Shown piece by piece: positions 44,578 through 58,307 of a stretch of 64,000 nt of DNA. The position numbers and the translations under genes are program-made. Origin of the DNA: Gammaproteobacteria bacterium. Its GTDB lineage: Bacteria; Pseudomonadota; Gammaproteobacteria; GCA-002705445; GCA-002716945. Under the pieces are notes generated by a model that searched no databases, was not told the DNA's origin, and saw nothing but the letters and a program-made list of their open reading frames with translations. Position 1 is the stretch's first letter. Every line of letters starts with the position of its first letter. Location: NCBI GenBank assembly GCA_038142325.1, contig JAYQJW010000002.1:32001-96000 (forward strand), given 5' to 3'.

Positions 44578-46134
44578 CTAACCAACTATTCTTTTATTGA
44601 TAACATATTGTTGTGCTATAGACAGGATATTATTAGTCAACCAATATAGAACCAGGCCTGCTGGGAAGGTTGCAAAAAGCGCTGTAAATATGAATGGCAA
44701 GAACAGAAATATTTTTTGTTGTGTAGCATCGGTTGGAGCAGGATTTAGTTTTTGTTGTATGAACATAGATAAGCCCATCGCTATAGGAAGAATAAAATAC
44801 GGGTCTGCTGATGCTAGATCATTAATCCAAGCAACAAATGGGGCGTGCCTCATTTCAACGCTCTCCACCAATACCCAATACAAAGCAATAAATACAGGTA
44901 TTTGAATAAGAATTGGCAGGCAGCCACCAAGTGGATTTACTTTTTCCTCTTTATACATTCTCATTAGAGCTTCGCTAAATTTTTTCTTGTCTTCAGAATA
45001 TCTTTCTTTTATTGCCTGCATCCTTGGGTTAAGTTTTTTCATCTGCGCCATTGAACGGTAGCTTGTTTCAGAGAGTTTAAAAAATAGCGCTTTTATGAGT
45101 ATTGTTAAAACAATTATAGAAAAACCCCAGTTGCCGAGTAGACCATTAATAACATCAAGAATCCAAAAAAGAGGTGCAGACAAAAAAGTTAGCATGCCGT
45201 AATCAACGGTCAAGTCTAGTCCGGGCGCAAGTTCAGATATTTCAGATTGTAATTTTGGTCCTACAAACATGAGAGATTTATATGAATATTTTTCACCTGG
45301 GTTTAAAAGCACATAATCTGTTGTGCTTCCAATGGTGTAAAGGCTTTGGTCTACACTAGTATAAATTGTTTTTTTATTGTCACTTGTTGGTAACCATGCA
45401 GAAAAAAAATAATGCTCTATCATGCTTATCCAACCATCATTGGTTTTGAAGGTAAAATCGTCTTCTGTCATTTCATCAAAAGAGATTTTTGTAAATTTTT
45501 CCTCGCTATCATAAAAAGCGCTCCCGGTATAAGTAGGCAACATCAAGCTAGCTGAACTGTTACCATCTCGTGATATCACTTCGTAGTTCCTGACATATAT
45601 TGATTTGGTGGATGTATTGGTTACCGTATTTACAACGCTTATTTGATGTGCTCTATCAATAAGCTTTATCTCTTTTGATAAGCTCACTCCATCTAACACA
45701 GCTTCAAGTAAAGCTTTGTTAGTGGCCTTGGAGTTTAAACTATAGCTATATAAATTTGATTTATTTTTAATTTGAATGTTCGATCCAGCAGTGTATTTGC
45801 TCGTTAAATGATCAAGTATTGTTACCCTCTCATCTGATTGTAGTTCTACAGGATATTCTTTTAATTGTGCGAATAATAATTCACCAGTAAGTGTGTCAAA
45901 CTCTACTAAAAGTTTTTTGTTTTCTAGCGTTTCAATAATCGGAGAAGTGTTGTTTGTTTTTTCCGATAGACTATTTTCAGTGCTCTCAGCCGGAGGTTGT
46001 TTAGATGATGTGTCTGACTGATCCACCTGTTCAGAAACTACAACTACAGCCGGCTTATTATAATCTCTATCATATGCATCAAAAATTAAGATTAGAATGA
46101 AAAGGAACCCGCTATATAAAAACAATCTGTTCAT
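44578..46134 (-). CDS. yidC: Membrane protein insertase YidC
   Basis: HYFFSAW, VDYG, GNWGFSII, NPLGGCLP, WINDL, LVLYW. Confidence 0.95.
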   Translation of the reverse strand: MNRLFLYSGFLFILILIFDAYDRDYNKPAVVVVSEQVDQSDTSSKQPPAESTENSLSEKTNNTSPIIETLENKKLLVEFDTLTGELLFAQLKEYPVELQSDERVTILDHLTSKYTAGSNIQIKNKSNLYSYSLNSKATNKALLEAVLDGVSLSKEIKLIDRAHQISVVNTVTNTSTKSIYVRNYEVISRDGNSSASLMLPTYTGSAFYDSEEKFTKISFDEMTEDDFTFKTNDGWISMIEHYFFSAWLPTSDNKKTIYTSVDQSLYTIGSTTDYVLLNPGEKYSYKSLMFVGPKLQSEISELAPGLDLTVDYGMLTFLSAPLFWILDVINGLLGNWGFSIIVLTILIKALFFKLSETSYRSMAQMKKLNPRMQAIKERYSEDKKKFSEALMRMYKEEKVNPLGGCLPILIQIPVFIALYWVLVESVEMRHAPFVAWINDLASADPYFILPIAMGLSMFIQQKLNPAPTDATQQKIFLFLPFIFTALFATFPAGLVLYWLTNNILSIAQQYVINKRIVG

Positions 46135-46376
46135 TTTTTATTCTCTTCTGGTACTGGGTCATAGCCTGATGTGCCGCCTGGTCTACATCTAAGGAGTCTA
46201 TTTATACTTAACGCTAAACCCTTTAATACGCCGTGTTTTTCAATAGCATCCACACAGTAGTCTGAACATGATGGGGTGTGCCTGCATGACGGAGGTAAAA
46301 TTGGCGATATAAAAATTTTATACAATTTTATAGTCCCTAATGCTATTTTTTTAATTGATTTAGCAAAGATTTCCAT
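46131..46376 (-). CDS. yidD: Membrane protein insertion efficiency factor
   Basis: ISPILPPSCRHTPSCSDY...R.LRC...GYDPVP. Confidence 0.93.
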   Translation of the reverse strand: MEIFAKSIKKIALGTIKLYKIFISPILPPSCRHTPSCSDYCVDAIEKHGVLKGLALSINRLLRCRPGGTSGYDPVPEENKK

Positions 46377-46672
46377 TCAGGAATTAGAATAGCATTTATA
46401 GTTTTTTTTTCAGCTTCAATTTTGCTGATTAGTCTAACCAACAATAAGTAGCTAGCGTGTTGATCTCTAAATGTTGCTCTCATGTTTCTTCTTAATGAGT
46501 TTCTAGAAACTGCTAAAGGAAGATTTTTTTTTGGTATAAGTATGCCTAGCCGCATTGTGTTTGATTTAAGAAAGTGTAGACACAAATGTTTCGTTGATAA
46601 GGAGGGGCTTTTACTAAAATAATTTAGTGTAGAGCTGCTAATTGTTATTATATCTTTTTTGAAGGTGTACAA
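46343..46672 (-). CDS. rnpA: Ribonuclease P protein component
   Basis: RLGILIPKK...AVSRNSLRR; lies between rpmH and yidD. Confidence 0.85.
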   Translation of the reverse strand: MYTFKKDIITISSSTLNYFSKSPSLSTKHLCLHFLKSNTMRLGILIPKKNLPLAVSRNSLRRNMRATFRDQHASYLLLVRLISKIEAEKKTINAILIPEWKSLLNQLKK

Positions 46673-46673
46673 A

Positions 46674-46808
46674 CTATGGACAAAGCACAGCTCTTCCTTT
46701 TGCTCTTCTTGCAGAGAGGACGGCTCTTCCTGCGGCAGTCTTCATACGTGCACGAAAACCGTGTGTTCTTTTACGTTTTAAATTGCTTGGTTGAAATGTT
46801 CTTTTCAT
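46674..46808 (-). CDS. rpmH: 50S ribosomal protein L34 (not in ORF track)
   Basis: [44 protein letters not shown]. Confidence 0.97.
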   Translation of the reverse strand: MKRTFQPSNLKRKRTHGFRARMKTAAGRAVLSARRAKGRAVLCP

Positions 46809-46888
46809 TGGAGTGTATACTGATTTGAATAATGGATTATGTCAATATATTAATTCATTTTTTTTTATGTGATAGTAATCTTCCGACC

Positions 46889-48187
46889 ATGACAAACGAA
46901 AATAAAATTTGGACCAAATGCCTAGAAAAGTTATCAGAGTCTCTCACAGACAAAGACATGCGACTATGGATTACGCCGCTCGTTGCGAAAGAAATAGATA
47001 AAGAAATAAATTTATATGCACCTAATAAGTTCATGAAGGAAGAAGTTGAAAGTCAATTCATGTCTAAAATTTCTGAAGTGATGGGTATTTTAAGTAATGG
47101 ATATTCTATAAATCTTGGAGTTTCAACAAGTCAATTAAACAAAAATATTGAAAAAACAATACCGCCTGGATTTAAAACGAACCTAAACAAAGACATGACT
47201 TTTGATACTTTTGTTGAGGGTAAGTCAAATCAGTTAGCTAAAGCAGCATGTTTATCTGTAATCAACGAGCCAGGGTCATTTAACCCTCTATATATATATG
47301 GTGGGGTTGGATTAGGAAAGACGCATCTATTACATTCAATTGGAAACCAATTAAGTAGTGAAAATAAAAAGGTTGTATATCTACATTCTGAAAAGTTTGT
47401 CCAAAACATGGTAACAGCATTGAGGAATAATCAAATAGAGGAGTTTAAGGTATTTTATAGAAACTTAGATGTTTTATTACTTGATGACATACAGTTTTTT
47501 GCAGGAAAAGAGAGGTCACAAGAAGAGTTCTTTCATACATTTAATGCGTTGTTTGAATATAAAAAACAAGTTGTTTTGACTTGTGATAAATATCCAAAAG
47601 AAATAGACGGCCTAGAAGACAGAATAAAATCAAGATTAGTTTGGGGTATGAATGTATCTATTGATCCTCCTGATTTAGAGACAAGAGTGGCAATACTTCA
47701 GGCTAAGGCAGAAGCGTTAGGCTTATCAATCGAATCCGATGTAGCGTTTTTTTTAGCCAGAAATATAAATTCAAATGTAAGAGAATTAGAGGGTAACCTA
47801 AGAAGAGTGATAGCTACCGCAAGATTTAAGAAATGCGACATATCGCTCGACTTTGCAAAAGAAACACTAGCTGACTTGGTATCGCTAAACCAGAGGTTAA
47901 TAACTATAGAACAGATCCAAAAAATTACTGCAGGATATTATAAAATTAGAGTTAGTGATATTTTGTCAGCAAAAAGAGATAAAAAGACAACGCTTCCAAG
48001 ACATGTTGCTATGGCAATATGCAAGGAATTAACAAATAACAGCTTACCGTCTATCGGCGATGCATTTGGAGGTAGAGACCACACAACTGTATTGCATGCA
48101 AATAGAAAGCTAAGCAAACTTAGGAAAGAAGATAGTCAAATAGAGCAAGACTATAACAACATAATACACATTTTAAATAATGGGTAA
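46889..48187 (+). CDS. dnaA: Chromosomal replication initiator DnaA
   Basis: TFDTFVEGKSN, NPLYIYGGVGLGKTHL, LLDDIQF, SNVRELEG, FGGRDHTTVLHA. Start placed at MTNENK. Confidence 0.97.
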   Translation: MTNENKIWTKCLEKLSESLTDKDMRLWITPLVAKEIDKEINLYAPNKFMKEEVESQFMSKISEVMGILSNGYSINLGVSTSQLNKNIEKTIPPGFKTNLNKDMTFDTFVEGKSNQLAKAACLSVINEPGSFNPLYIYGGVGLGKTHLLHSIGNQLSSENKKVVYLHSEKFVQNMVTALRNNQIEEFKVFYRNLDVLLLDDIQFFAGKERSQEEFFHTFNALFEYKKQVVLTCDKYPKEIDGLEDRIKSRLVWGMNVSIDPPDLETRVAILQAKAEALGLSIESDVAFFLARNINSNVRELEGNLRRVIATARFKKCDISLDFAKETLADLVSLNQRLITIEQIQKITAGYYKIRVSDILSAKRDKKTTLPRHVAMAICKELTNNSLPSIGDAFGGRDHTTVLHANRKLSKLRKEDSQIEQDYNNIIHILNNG

Positions 48188-48336
48188 AAACTGTGGATAA
48201 AAATTAAAAGTTGAATTTTTCCACAAGCTACTAACAATAAAAGAAATTTAAAAACACAGTTCATTAAGACCAAAAGATAGGTGTTGGTGTGATAAAGTAG
48301 TGAATAAAAAAACTAAAAATAACATATAATATATAT
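48188..48336. other. Putative oriC / DnaA-box region
   Basis: Perfect TGTGGATAA (48192-48200) and a one-mismatch TTTTCCACA (48217-48225) in opposite orientation, then CTACTA and an AT-rich tract. Confidence 0.6.
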
Positions 48337-49445
48337 ATGAAAATAATATTTAATACAAATCAACTTCTAAACAAACTAAAAAATCTAACACCAACAGCTG
48401 AAGCAAAACAAACATTAATGATTTTAGGTAATGCTGCTTTCAAAGTGATAGATAACATGGCAGAAGTTGCAACTACAGATCTTGAAATAGAGGTCTCAAC
48501 TAAAATTGAATGTAAATCTGATAGTGATACAAGCTTTACTATACCTGCTAAAAAGCTACAGGAAGTAGTTTCAGCATTATCTAACCATAATGAAATTGAG
48601 TTTCATATCAAAAACAATACAGTAGATATTATTGCGGGAAAAAGCAAGATCTCTTTGCCGACACTTCCTATTGAGGACTTTCCTCTTAATGAGACAAATG
48701 GTGAAACTTTCTATAAATTAGAATGTATGAGCTTATTAAACCTTAATAGAGAAAACATCATTTGCGATGGCATATCAAGATGCAAGACATTTTTTAAATG
48801 GCATGCATCTTTGTAATGAGAATAATAAAATAGTATCTGTTTGTACAGATGGCCACAGGCTAGCTAAATTCACTTCAAATATATCTATAGAAAATGATCT
48901 TTCATTAATCTTACCTAGAAAAGCAGTAAATGAAATTAATCGGATAATAAGCTCATTTAACAACAATAATGATCTTTTAGCAGAATTTAGCTATAATAAT
49001 AATAATTTTATAATCAAAATAAATGATTTTCTTATCAAAACAAAACTAATAGAAGGTGATTATCCAAACTTCAATAAAGTAATACCACAACAAACAGATA
49101 ATGTTATAGAAATAGACAAATCTTTATTCAAAAATTCACTTAATGTTATTTCTAAAGTTGTAAATCAACAGTATAAAGGGGTAAAACTAACACCTAACAC
49201 AAACGGCACATTACATTTAATATCAAGTAACACTGAAAGTGAAGATAGGCGAAGATCACATAGATGCAAAATATACTGGTAGCGATATATCTGTCGGATT
49301 CAATATAAATTATCTTCAAGATGTTATAAACGTGCTCTCAGGCGATACGGTGTTTATATGTATTAATGATCAAAACTCTGGCTGTATTGTTAAAGATGCT
49401 GAGTCTACATCCTCCACATATGTAATCATGCCAATGCGTGTTTAA
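48337..49445 (+). CDS. dnaN: DNA polymerase III beta sliding clamp (two frameshifts)
   Basis: TTDLEI, TIPAKKL, MAYQDAR.FLNG, TDGHRL, KLIEGDYP, GFNINYL, YVIMPMR. Confidence 0.95.
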
Positions 49446-50529
49446 TGTGGCTATAGAGTCTATATCTATTCAAGATTTTAGATCTCTAAAATTTCTTAAC
49501 TTATCTTTTTCTAAACCTATTAATATTATTTATGGTGAGAATAACGCTGGAAAAACATCTTTATTAGAAGCTATATATATTTGCTCAAATTTTAAATCTT
49601 TTAAAAGTGTTTCAAACACTGAGTTGATTAATAACTTATCTAAATCCTTCAAAATATCTTTAAAATACTGTCAAAATTCATTAAATAATTCTATATACCT
49701 TGAAAAGTCATTAAAATCGTCTAAAGTCTTTATAATAATAAAAAACTACTAAAAAAGCTATATCACTTGCCTTTCCTTGCTATTCTTTAGTATTTGGCTT
49801 TAACAACATACTGCTTAATGACTCTTCTTACAGAAGATCATTTCTTGATTCAGGGATGTTTCACGTGGAACCTAAATCTGAGAATTATCTAGGAACTTTG
49901 AGAAATGCCTTAAACAACGTAACTTTTTACTGAAAACTAAACATTCTTCAAACAATAATAACTGGGATGATCAGTTAGTAAGCACTAATAGAAATCTTAG
50001 TGAATTTAGGCAGAACTACTTTAACCTTCTTAATAAAGAATTTATAAAAATAATTAATGATTTAAAAAGAGAGATACCAGAAATTTATAATGATATATCA
50101 TCTCTATCACTTGATTATTATAAAGGATGGGATGAGCTAAACTTTGAAGAAACCTTAAAAATAAACATCAACAAAGATATACGCGCTGGTTACACAAATT
50201 CAGGTACGCACAGAAGTGATTTTTATGTATATTCTCATAACAAGCCGGTTAGAGAATCTGGATCCATGTCTACGTTAATTATAGCTTGCTTGATAATCAA
50301 TTTAGCTAGGATTAATGTGTTTCACGTGAAACATGGTTTTAAACCAATACTGCTAGATAGACGACCTGTTCTTCGGAATAGATAAAAAAAACCTCACTGC
50401 TGTGGTAAAATTACTTGTCTATATAAAAGGGAATATAGTGCTCACAGCACCTAATATCTACATAGATATCTTGAAGCAGGCATGTCAGGAAAGCAATGAT
50501 ATTGAAATAATAAATATGGAAGAGAAGGT

Positions 50530-50533
<4 letters not shown>
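49438..50533 (+). CDS. recF: DNA replication/repair protein RecF (frameshifts)
   Basis: [40 protein letters not shown], Walker B (..DD); dnaN-recF-gyrB order. Confidence 0.9.
49857..49872. other. parS centromere site inside recF
   Basis: TGTTTCACGTGGAACC, one mismatch to the parS consensus TGTTNCACGTGNAACA. Confidence 0.8.
50318..50333. other. parS centromere site inside recF
   Basis: Perfect palindrome TGTTTCACGTGAAACA. Confidence 0.9.
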
Positions 50534-52934
<2,401 letters not shown>

Positions 52935-52935
<1 letters not shown>

Positions 52936-53706
52936 TGAAAGTTTCAACTTGGAATGTTAATTCTATAAATGTTAGATTACCGAATGTTCTAAAATACTTA
53001 TCTGACTATCAGCCAGACGTACTATGTTTGCAAGAACTTAAATGTAATGATGATAAATACCCATTAGATTCAATACAAAATGCTGGCTATCATTCGATAC
53101 AAGCATGCCAGAAAACTTATAATGGTGTATCGATCATTTCTAAATTAAAACTTACTGATGTAGAAATTAATCCAGTTCATATTATTTCTGATGAAATGCG
53201 CTCTATAGCAGCCACGTTTCAAGGTATTAGAATAATCAATTTTTACGTTGTTAATGGGCAGGCAATTGAGTCGGACAAATACAAATATAAACTAGAGTGG
53301 TTAAAAAAAGCAAAAACATACCTTAAAAACCAATTGTCCAAAAACAAAGACCTAGTCTTAGTCGGAGATTTTAATATAGTGCCTTCTGAGCTTGATGCAC
53401 ATAATTTTTCTTCAGAAGACATACTCTGTTCTGATAAAGAGAGAAAATCACTTAAAGATATACTTAAACTAGGCCTTAAAGATAGTTTCAGGACAAAGAA
53501 TGACGACACACCATACACGTGGTGGGATTATAGAGCCGGGGCTTTTCATAGAGATATTGGTTACAGAATAGACTTAATATTAACCACGAATAATCTGTTA
53601 TAACGGCATAAAGTCTTATGAAGTTCATAGAGACACAAGACACAAATCATGGTGTTCAGAACAACCTAAAACCTCTGATCATGCGCCTGTTATGATAACT
53701 CTTTGA
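52935..53706 (+). CDS. xth: Exodeoxyribonuclease III / AP endonuclease (frameshift near 53600)
   Basis: TWNVNSI, CLQELK, YNGVSI, GDFNI, YTWWDYR, RIDLIL, SDHAPV. Confidence 0.92.
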
Positions 53707-53758
53707 TACAATCCTAGACTAATATGATCATTCTGATATATTTAAAATAGAGGTTTAT

Positions 53759-54391
53759 ATGTCTAGCATAATGGTAATAAACGCCAAAGGCGGTTCAGGC
53801 AAAACGACGATATCGACAAACTTATCATCATATTTTGCTATAAATGGATATAAGGTAACTTTGGTTGATTTAGACCCGCAAGGCTCTTCAACTAAATGGC
53901 TTTCTTCTAGACCATTTACCAAACCTAAAATAAAGGGCGTGACATCATTACCACCTAATAAGGTGTCTAAAAAAAATGATGAAGTTACTATTTTCGATGT
54001 GCCCGCAGCTATATATGGTGCTCGTCTTCAAACATATATAAAGAAAGCAAGAAAAATTATTATCCCTGTTCTTCCATCACCAATTGATATGGCAGCTGCA
54101 AAAGATTTTCTTAATTCTATTAGAGGATTGGGTAGCGTCATAAGAAACCGTACTGATATATGTCTAGTGGCGAATAGATGTAGGGCAAATACTAATATCT
54201 TTGAGGAGCTGGATGATTATCTAGTTAAGGAAAAGGGCATTAGATATGTCACTGCCTTTAGAGACAGTACAAATTATATTAATGCAATAAAAAGAGGTAT
54301 AGGTATATTTGAAATGGGCGAGTCAATGACAGCACAAGACAGAGAAGAATGGAAACCTCTTGTTACATGGGCTAAATCAAAAAAGAAGTAA
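53759..54391 (+). CDS. Orphan short ParA/MinD-family ATPase
   Basis: NAKGGSGKTT deviant Walker A, DLDPQGS, DVPA, PVLPSPID; no adjacent parB. Confidence 0.85.
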   Translation: MSSIMVINAKGGSGKTTISTNLSSYFAINGYKVTLVDLDPQGSSTKWLSSRPFTKPKIKGVTSLPPNKVSKKNDEVTIFDVPAAIYGARLQTYIKKARKIIIPVLPSPIDMAAAKDFLNSIRGLGSVIRNRTDICLVANRCRANTNIFEELDDYLVKEKGIRYVTAFRDSTNYINAIKRGIGIFEMGESMTAQDREEWKPLVTWAKSKKK

Positions 54392-55240
54392 TTATACTTC
54401 TTTTAGGCTCTGCTTAATCCCCTCCCTTACATCTTTATATTCAATAATATCAGGAAATATTTTATTCATCAGACTTGTATCTAGCTTTCTTGATTCTTTT
54501 ATAAAAGATTTTCTTTTTTCATCATATAATTTTTCAGCCACTTGATAGTCAATAAACTCAGGGTATGTTTTTTTAAGCGCATCATAAATGTATAAATAAT
54601 ATTGTGTAGATTTAATCGCAGTCCCATCACTCACGTTTATAATTTTATTTATTGTTTTTTTATTTTCTATTGATGACACGATAATCTTTGCAAGATCTTT
54701 AGCATGAATCAAATTAGTATGCCTACATATATCTAGATTTATTAGAGGTAACCTTTGTTTAATTCTATTGATCGGCAGCCTACCATATCCATAAATACCT
54801 GGCACCCTCAAAATTGTATAATTCAAATTAGATTCTATAACTTGTTTCTCAGCATTAACTCTTCTTTTTGCACGATCAGTTAGTGGCTGTAAAGATGAAT
54901 TTTCATCTACTTCTTTGTCATTCTTATCTCCATAAACACCACTTGTGATTATATATATAATCTTCTTAATGTGCTCCCTTTTTTGTATATGCTTTAAAAA
55001 ATTATTAATTACTTGATCAGTGGCACCATTTTTTTGTGGTGGCGCAAGGTATACTACATACGAGTCTTCATTAATTAACCCTTTTAGCTTGCTTGTATCT
55101 TTTAATATGTCTATTTGGATATTTTTATGGCAGTTATTTTTTTGACTTCTGCATACTCCTATATATTTATATTTTTTTGAACCTAGTGATGTTATGTAAT
55201 CACATACATAACCATTTCCTATCAAATAGATATTAAACAT
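54392..55240 (-). CDS. NAD-dependent epimerase/dehydratase (YeeZ-like atypical SDR)
   Basis: IGNGYV, YLAPP, TSGVYGD, RA.RR..AE, LRVPGIYG, IHAKDLA, NVSDG. Confidence 0.8.
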   Translation of the reverse strand: MFNIYLIGNGYVCDYITSLGSKKYKYIGVCRSQKNNCHKNIQIDILKDTSKLKGLINEDSYVVYLAPPQKNGATDQVINNFLKHIQKREHIKKIIYIITSGVYGDKNDKEVDENSSLQPLTDRAKRRVNAEKQVIESNLNYTILRVPGIYGYGRLPINRIKQRLPLINLDICRHTNLIHAKDLAKIIVSSIENKKTINKIINVSDGTAIKSTQYYLYIYDALKKTYPEFIDYQVAEKLYDEKRKSFIKESRKLDTSLMNKIFPDIIEYKDVREGIKQSLKEV

Positions 55241-55938
55241 TTATTTTCATTAGAGCGTTGGTTAGTGCATCTATATCATATATATCATTAATCTTTGTTA
55301 AAGATTTGACTTGATTTTTCATTAACTATGTTTTCATCTGATTTGTCTAGCACCATAAAATGGAGTTCTTTAAGACTAGTACGTGTATCAACAAGAAGCG
55401 GCTCGACACTACTTTTACTGAAGCCAATTATTATAGCCCCATTTTTTGATACCTCTATTACCTTATCTAAATTTTCTCTATTGAGCACTCTCTCATACAC
55501 ATTACTTACACTATAATTAATTTTTCTATCATCTAGATACTTCTTGATAATATTTTTACCACCTATGCCTTTCAGTAAAAGCGTCTTTCCAAGAGAGTCA
55601 CTTTCTTTTTCTATTTTTTTTATTAAACCAATACTTGAGTAATCATTATCTGGAATAATACAATCTAAGCTAAACTTTTTACTTACCCATGCTCTACAAT
55701 TTGGCCCGATCCCATATATCTTTTCAGCGTTGTATATATGATTATTGCTGGAATCTATTTTTTTTATTGCGTTTGCGCTCTGTATAATTATTGTTTTATA
55801 TTCATCATCAATTGGATATCTCTCGATGTGTTGGATATCTTGAATCATTAAATCATAAAAGTTTATATTATTTTCTTTTAAACTTTCTTTTAGTTCATCT
55901 TTCATGGAATAGTTTGATACTAATATTACATCTAGCAT
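55233..55938 (-). CDS. hemD: Uroporphyrinogen-III synthase (divergent; C-terminal frameshift)
   Basis: IIQSANAI, GIGP, SSIGL, KGIGGK, VYER; directly downstream of hemC. Confidence 0.8.
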
Positions 55939-56843
55939 TTCAGCATCCTTTTTGAGCCCATTGAAATAAAAAGTTTAGACAACTTTAGTGATAGATTTTT
56001 ATAATCTTTTTTATGCCCAACAATAATATTTTTAATATATTTTGTACCATCCAATTTTGAGACAAAACCTGTCAGCCTCATTTCATTTTTGTTTATTTCT
56101 GCATACGCGCCTATTGGAGACATACAATTGCCATCCATAGACGCAGCAAATATTCGCTCCGCACAAGCACAAATTTCTGTGTTTTCATCAACTATATGTT
56201 TAATTTTTTTTAACTCTTTTTTTTGATTAGCAAGATATTGAATGCATAGTATTCCTTGACCAGGAGACGGTACAAATCTATCTGTATCTAGCGATTCCGT
56301 GATAACAGCACCCATTTCCATTCTATGAAGCCCAGCTCTGGCAAGAATTATTCCATCCATATCTGATTGATCTAATTTCTTCAACCTTGTGTTGATATTG
56401 CCTCGTATCTCAATAACTTTTATTTTTCCCCCCATACTTTTTAACAAGGCTTGTCTTCTCGGACTAGACGAGCCAATTTGTCCTTCAGATATTTTTGCAA
56501 GTGATTTATGTTTATTTGAGACGAAAACATCACATGGGTCTTCCCTTTTCATTACACTAGTTATGGAGAAAATTTTATTTATTTTAGCAGGAACATCTTT
56601 CATTGAATGAACAGCAATATCAGCGGTACCTTTTAACAATGCGCTTTCAAGCTCTTTTAAAAAAAGCCCTTTCCCACCATCTTCTTTAAAGGTTTTTTTG
56701 CTTGCTACATCTCCTGTGGTGGTCATAGGCACAATTTCTATTTTTTTAAATATTCCTTTTTCAATAAGCCGGCTTTTTACTATATCAGCCTGTTTTAAAG
56801 CCAGAGGGCTTTTTCTTGTTGCAAGTTTTATATTATCGAGCAT
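55932..56843 (-). CDS. hemC: Hydroxymethylbilane synthase
   Basis: ATRKSPLALKQ, GGKGLFLKELE, AVHSMKDVP, SSSPRR, RGNINTRL, GNC.SPIG. Confidence 0.95.
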   Translation of the reverse strand: MLDNIKLATRKSPLALKQADIVKSRLIEKGIFKKIEIVPMTTTGDVASKKTFKEDGGKGLFLKELESALLKGTADIAVHSMKDVPAKINKIFSITSVMKREDPCDVFVSNKHKSLAKISEGQIGSSSPRRQALLKSMGGKIKVIEIRGNINTRLKKLDQSDMDGIILARAGLHRMEMGAVITESLDTDRFVPSPGQGILCIQYLANQKKELKKIKHIVDENTEICACAERIFAASMDGNCMSPIGAYAEINKNEMRLTGFVSKLDGTKYIKNIIVGHKKDYKNLSLKLSKLFISMGSKRMLKC

Positions 56844-56915
56844 AGTTGTATATCAGTAAATTCACATATAGTATACTGGCAATATTTGAGATATAAACAC
56901 TTCTAGAGGTATATT

Positions 56916-58307
56916 GTGAAAAACTCAACTTGGTCTGGTAGATTTAAAAAAGCGCTTGATAATGAAGTTCTTGAATTTTCTGAGAGCATTAGTATCGACC
57001 ATTTGCTTTTTGATGCTGATATAAAAGTCTGTATTGCTCATGTTGAGATGCTTGCGACATGCAAGATTATAACCAAATCTGAATCAACAACTTTAGTGAA
57101 AGGGCTTAAGCAAGTAAAGAAAAAAATACGATGATGGCAAGCTGTCCTTATCAATCAAATATGAGGATGTCCACATGAATATAGAACAAGCTCTGACTAA
57201 AGAGGTTGGTGAACTAGGCAAGAAAGTTCATATGGGGAGATCCAGAAATGATTTAGTAGCTACAGATTTTAGACTGTACTTAAGAGATTGTGCTGACACC
57301 ATTATTAAAAAGATAAAAGATATTAGATATGCTATCGCATTAGTAGCAAAAGAGAACTCTCATGTTTTGTTTCCAGGCTACACCCACATGCAACTTGCAC
57401 AACCCGTTACATTTGGCCATCATCTTCTAGCTTGGCATGAAATGTTTGAGAGAGATGAAAAAAGAATGAGTAATGCAAGAAATGCCTTGAACGTTATGCC
57501 CTTGGGCAGTGCAGCATTATCTGGAACCCCATATAAAATTGACAGAAAGTTAGTAGCTAAAAAACTTGGATTTGACACTGTATCAGCAAATTCAATGGAT
57601 GCTGTCAGCGATAGAGATTTTGTTTGTGACTTTGCCTATGCAGTTTCCATGATGATGGTTCACTTATCTAGAATATCTGAAGAACTGGTTTACTGGATGA
57701 ATACACATATAAAACTTGTTGATATTGATGAAAGCTTTTGCACTGGTTCGTCTATTATGCCACAGAAAAAAAATCCAGACGTCCCAGAGCTCATCAGAGG
57801 TAAATGTGGCTCTGCAATTGGATCTCTATCATCTCTTTTGATTTTACTGAAGGGATTACCGCTAACTTATAATAGAGATCTTCAGGAAGACAAAGGCATA
57901 ATTATAGAAACAATTTCAGAGGTTATGTCATGTCTTAACTTAATGCCTAGACTAATCATCACTTTGAATGTTAACAAGCAAAGAGCTCTTGAGTTTTCTA
58001 AGAGTGATTTCTCAAACGCAACAGACCTGCAGACTATTTAGCTATGAAAGGTGTTCCCTTTAGGAATTCACATGAGATAGTAGGAAAAATTGTAAGCTAT
58101 GCTGAATCAAAAAAAATTAATTTAGATGATATAAAAATTTCTGAATTTAGAAAATTCTCAAAACATATTGCCGAAGATGTTTATCAGGCTATTGATATAG
58201 AAAAGTCTATACATAGTAAAAAATCTATAGGTTCAACTTCACCTGCAAATGTAAAGAAAGCTGCAAGCAAGATTTTGTCGTCACTTAAGAAAGATGGATA
58301 TAATTAG
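56916..58307 (+). CDS. argH: Argininosuccinate lyase (two frameshifts)
   Basis: WSGRF, EDVHMNIE, GRSRND, PGYTHMQ, TGSSIMPQKKNPD, YNRDLQEDK, GVPFR. Confidence 0.95.
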
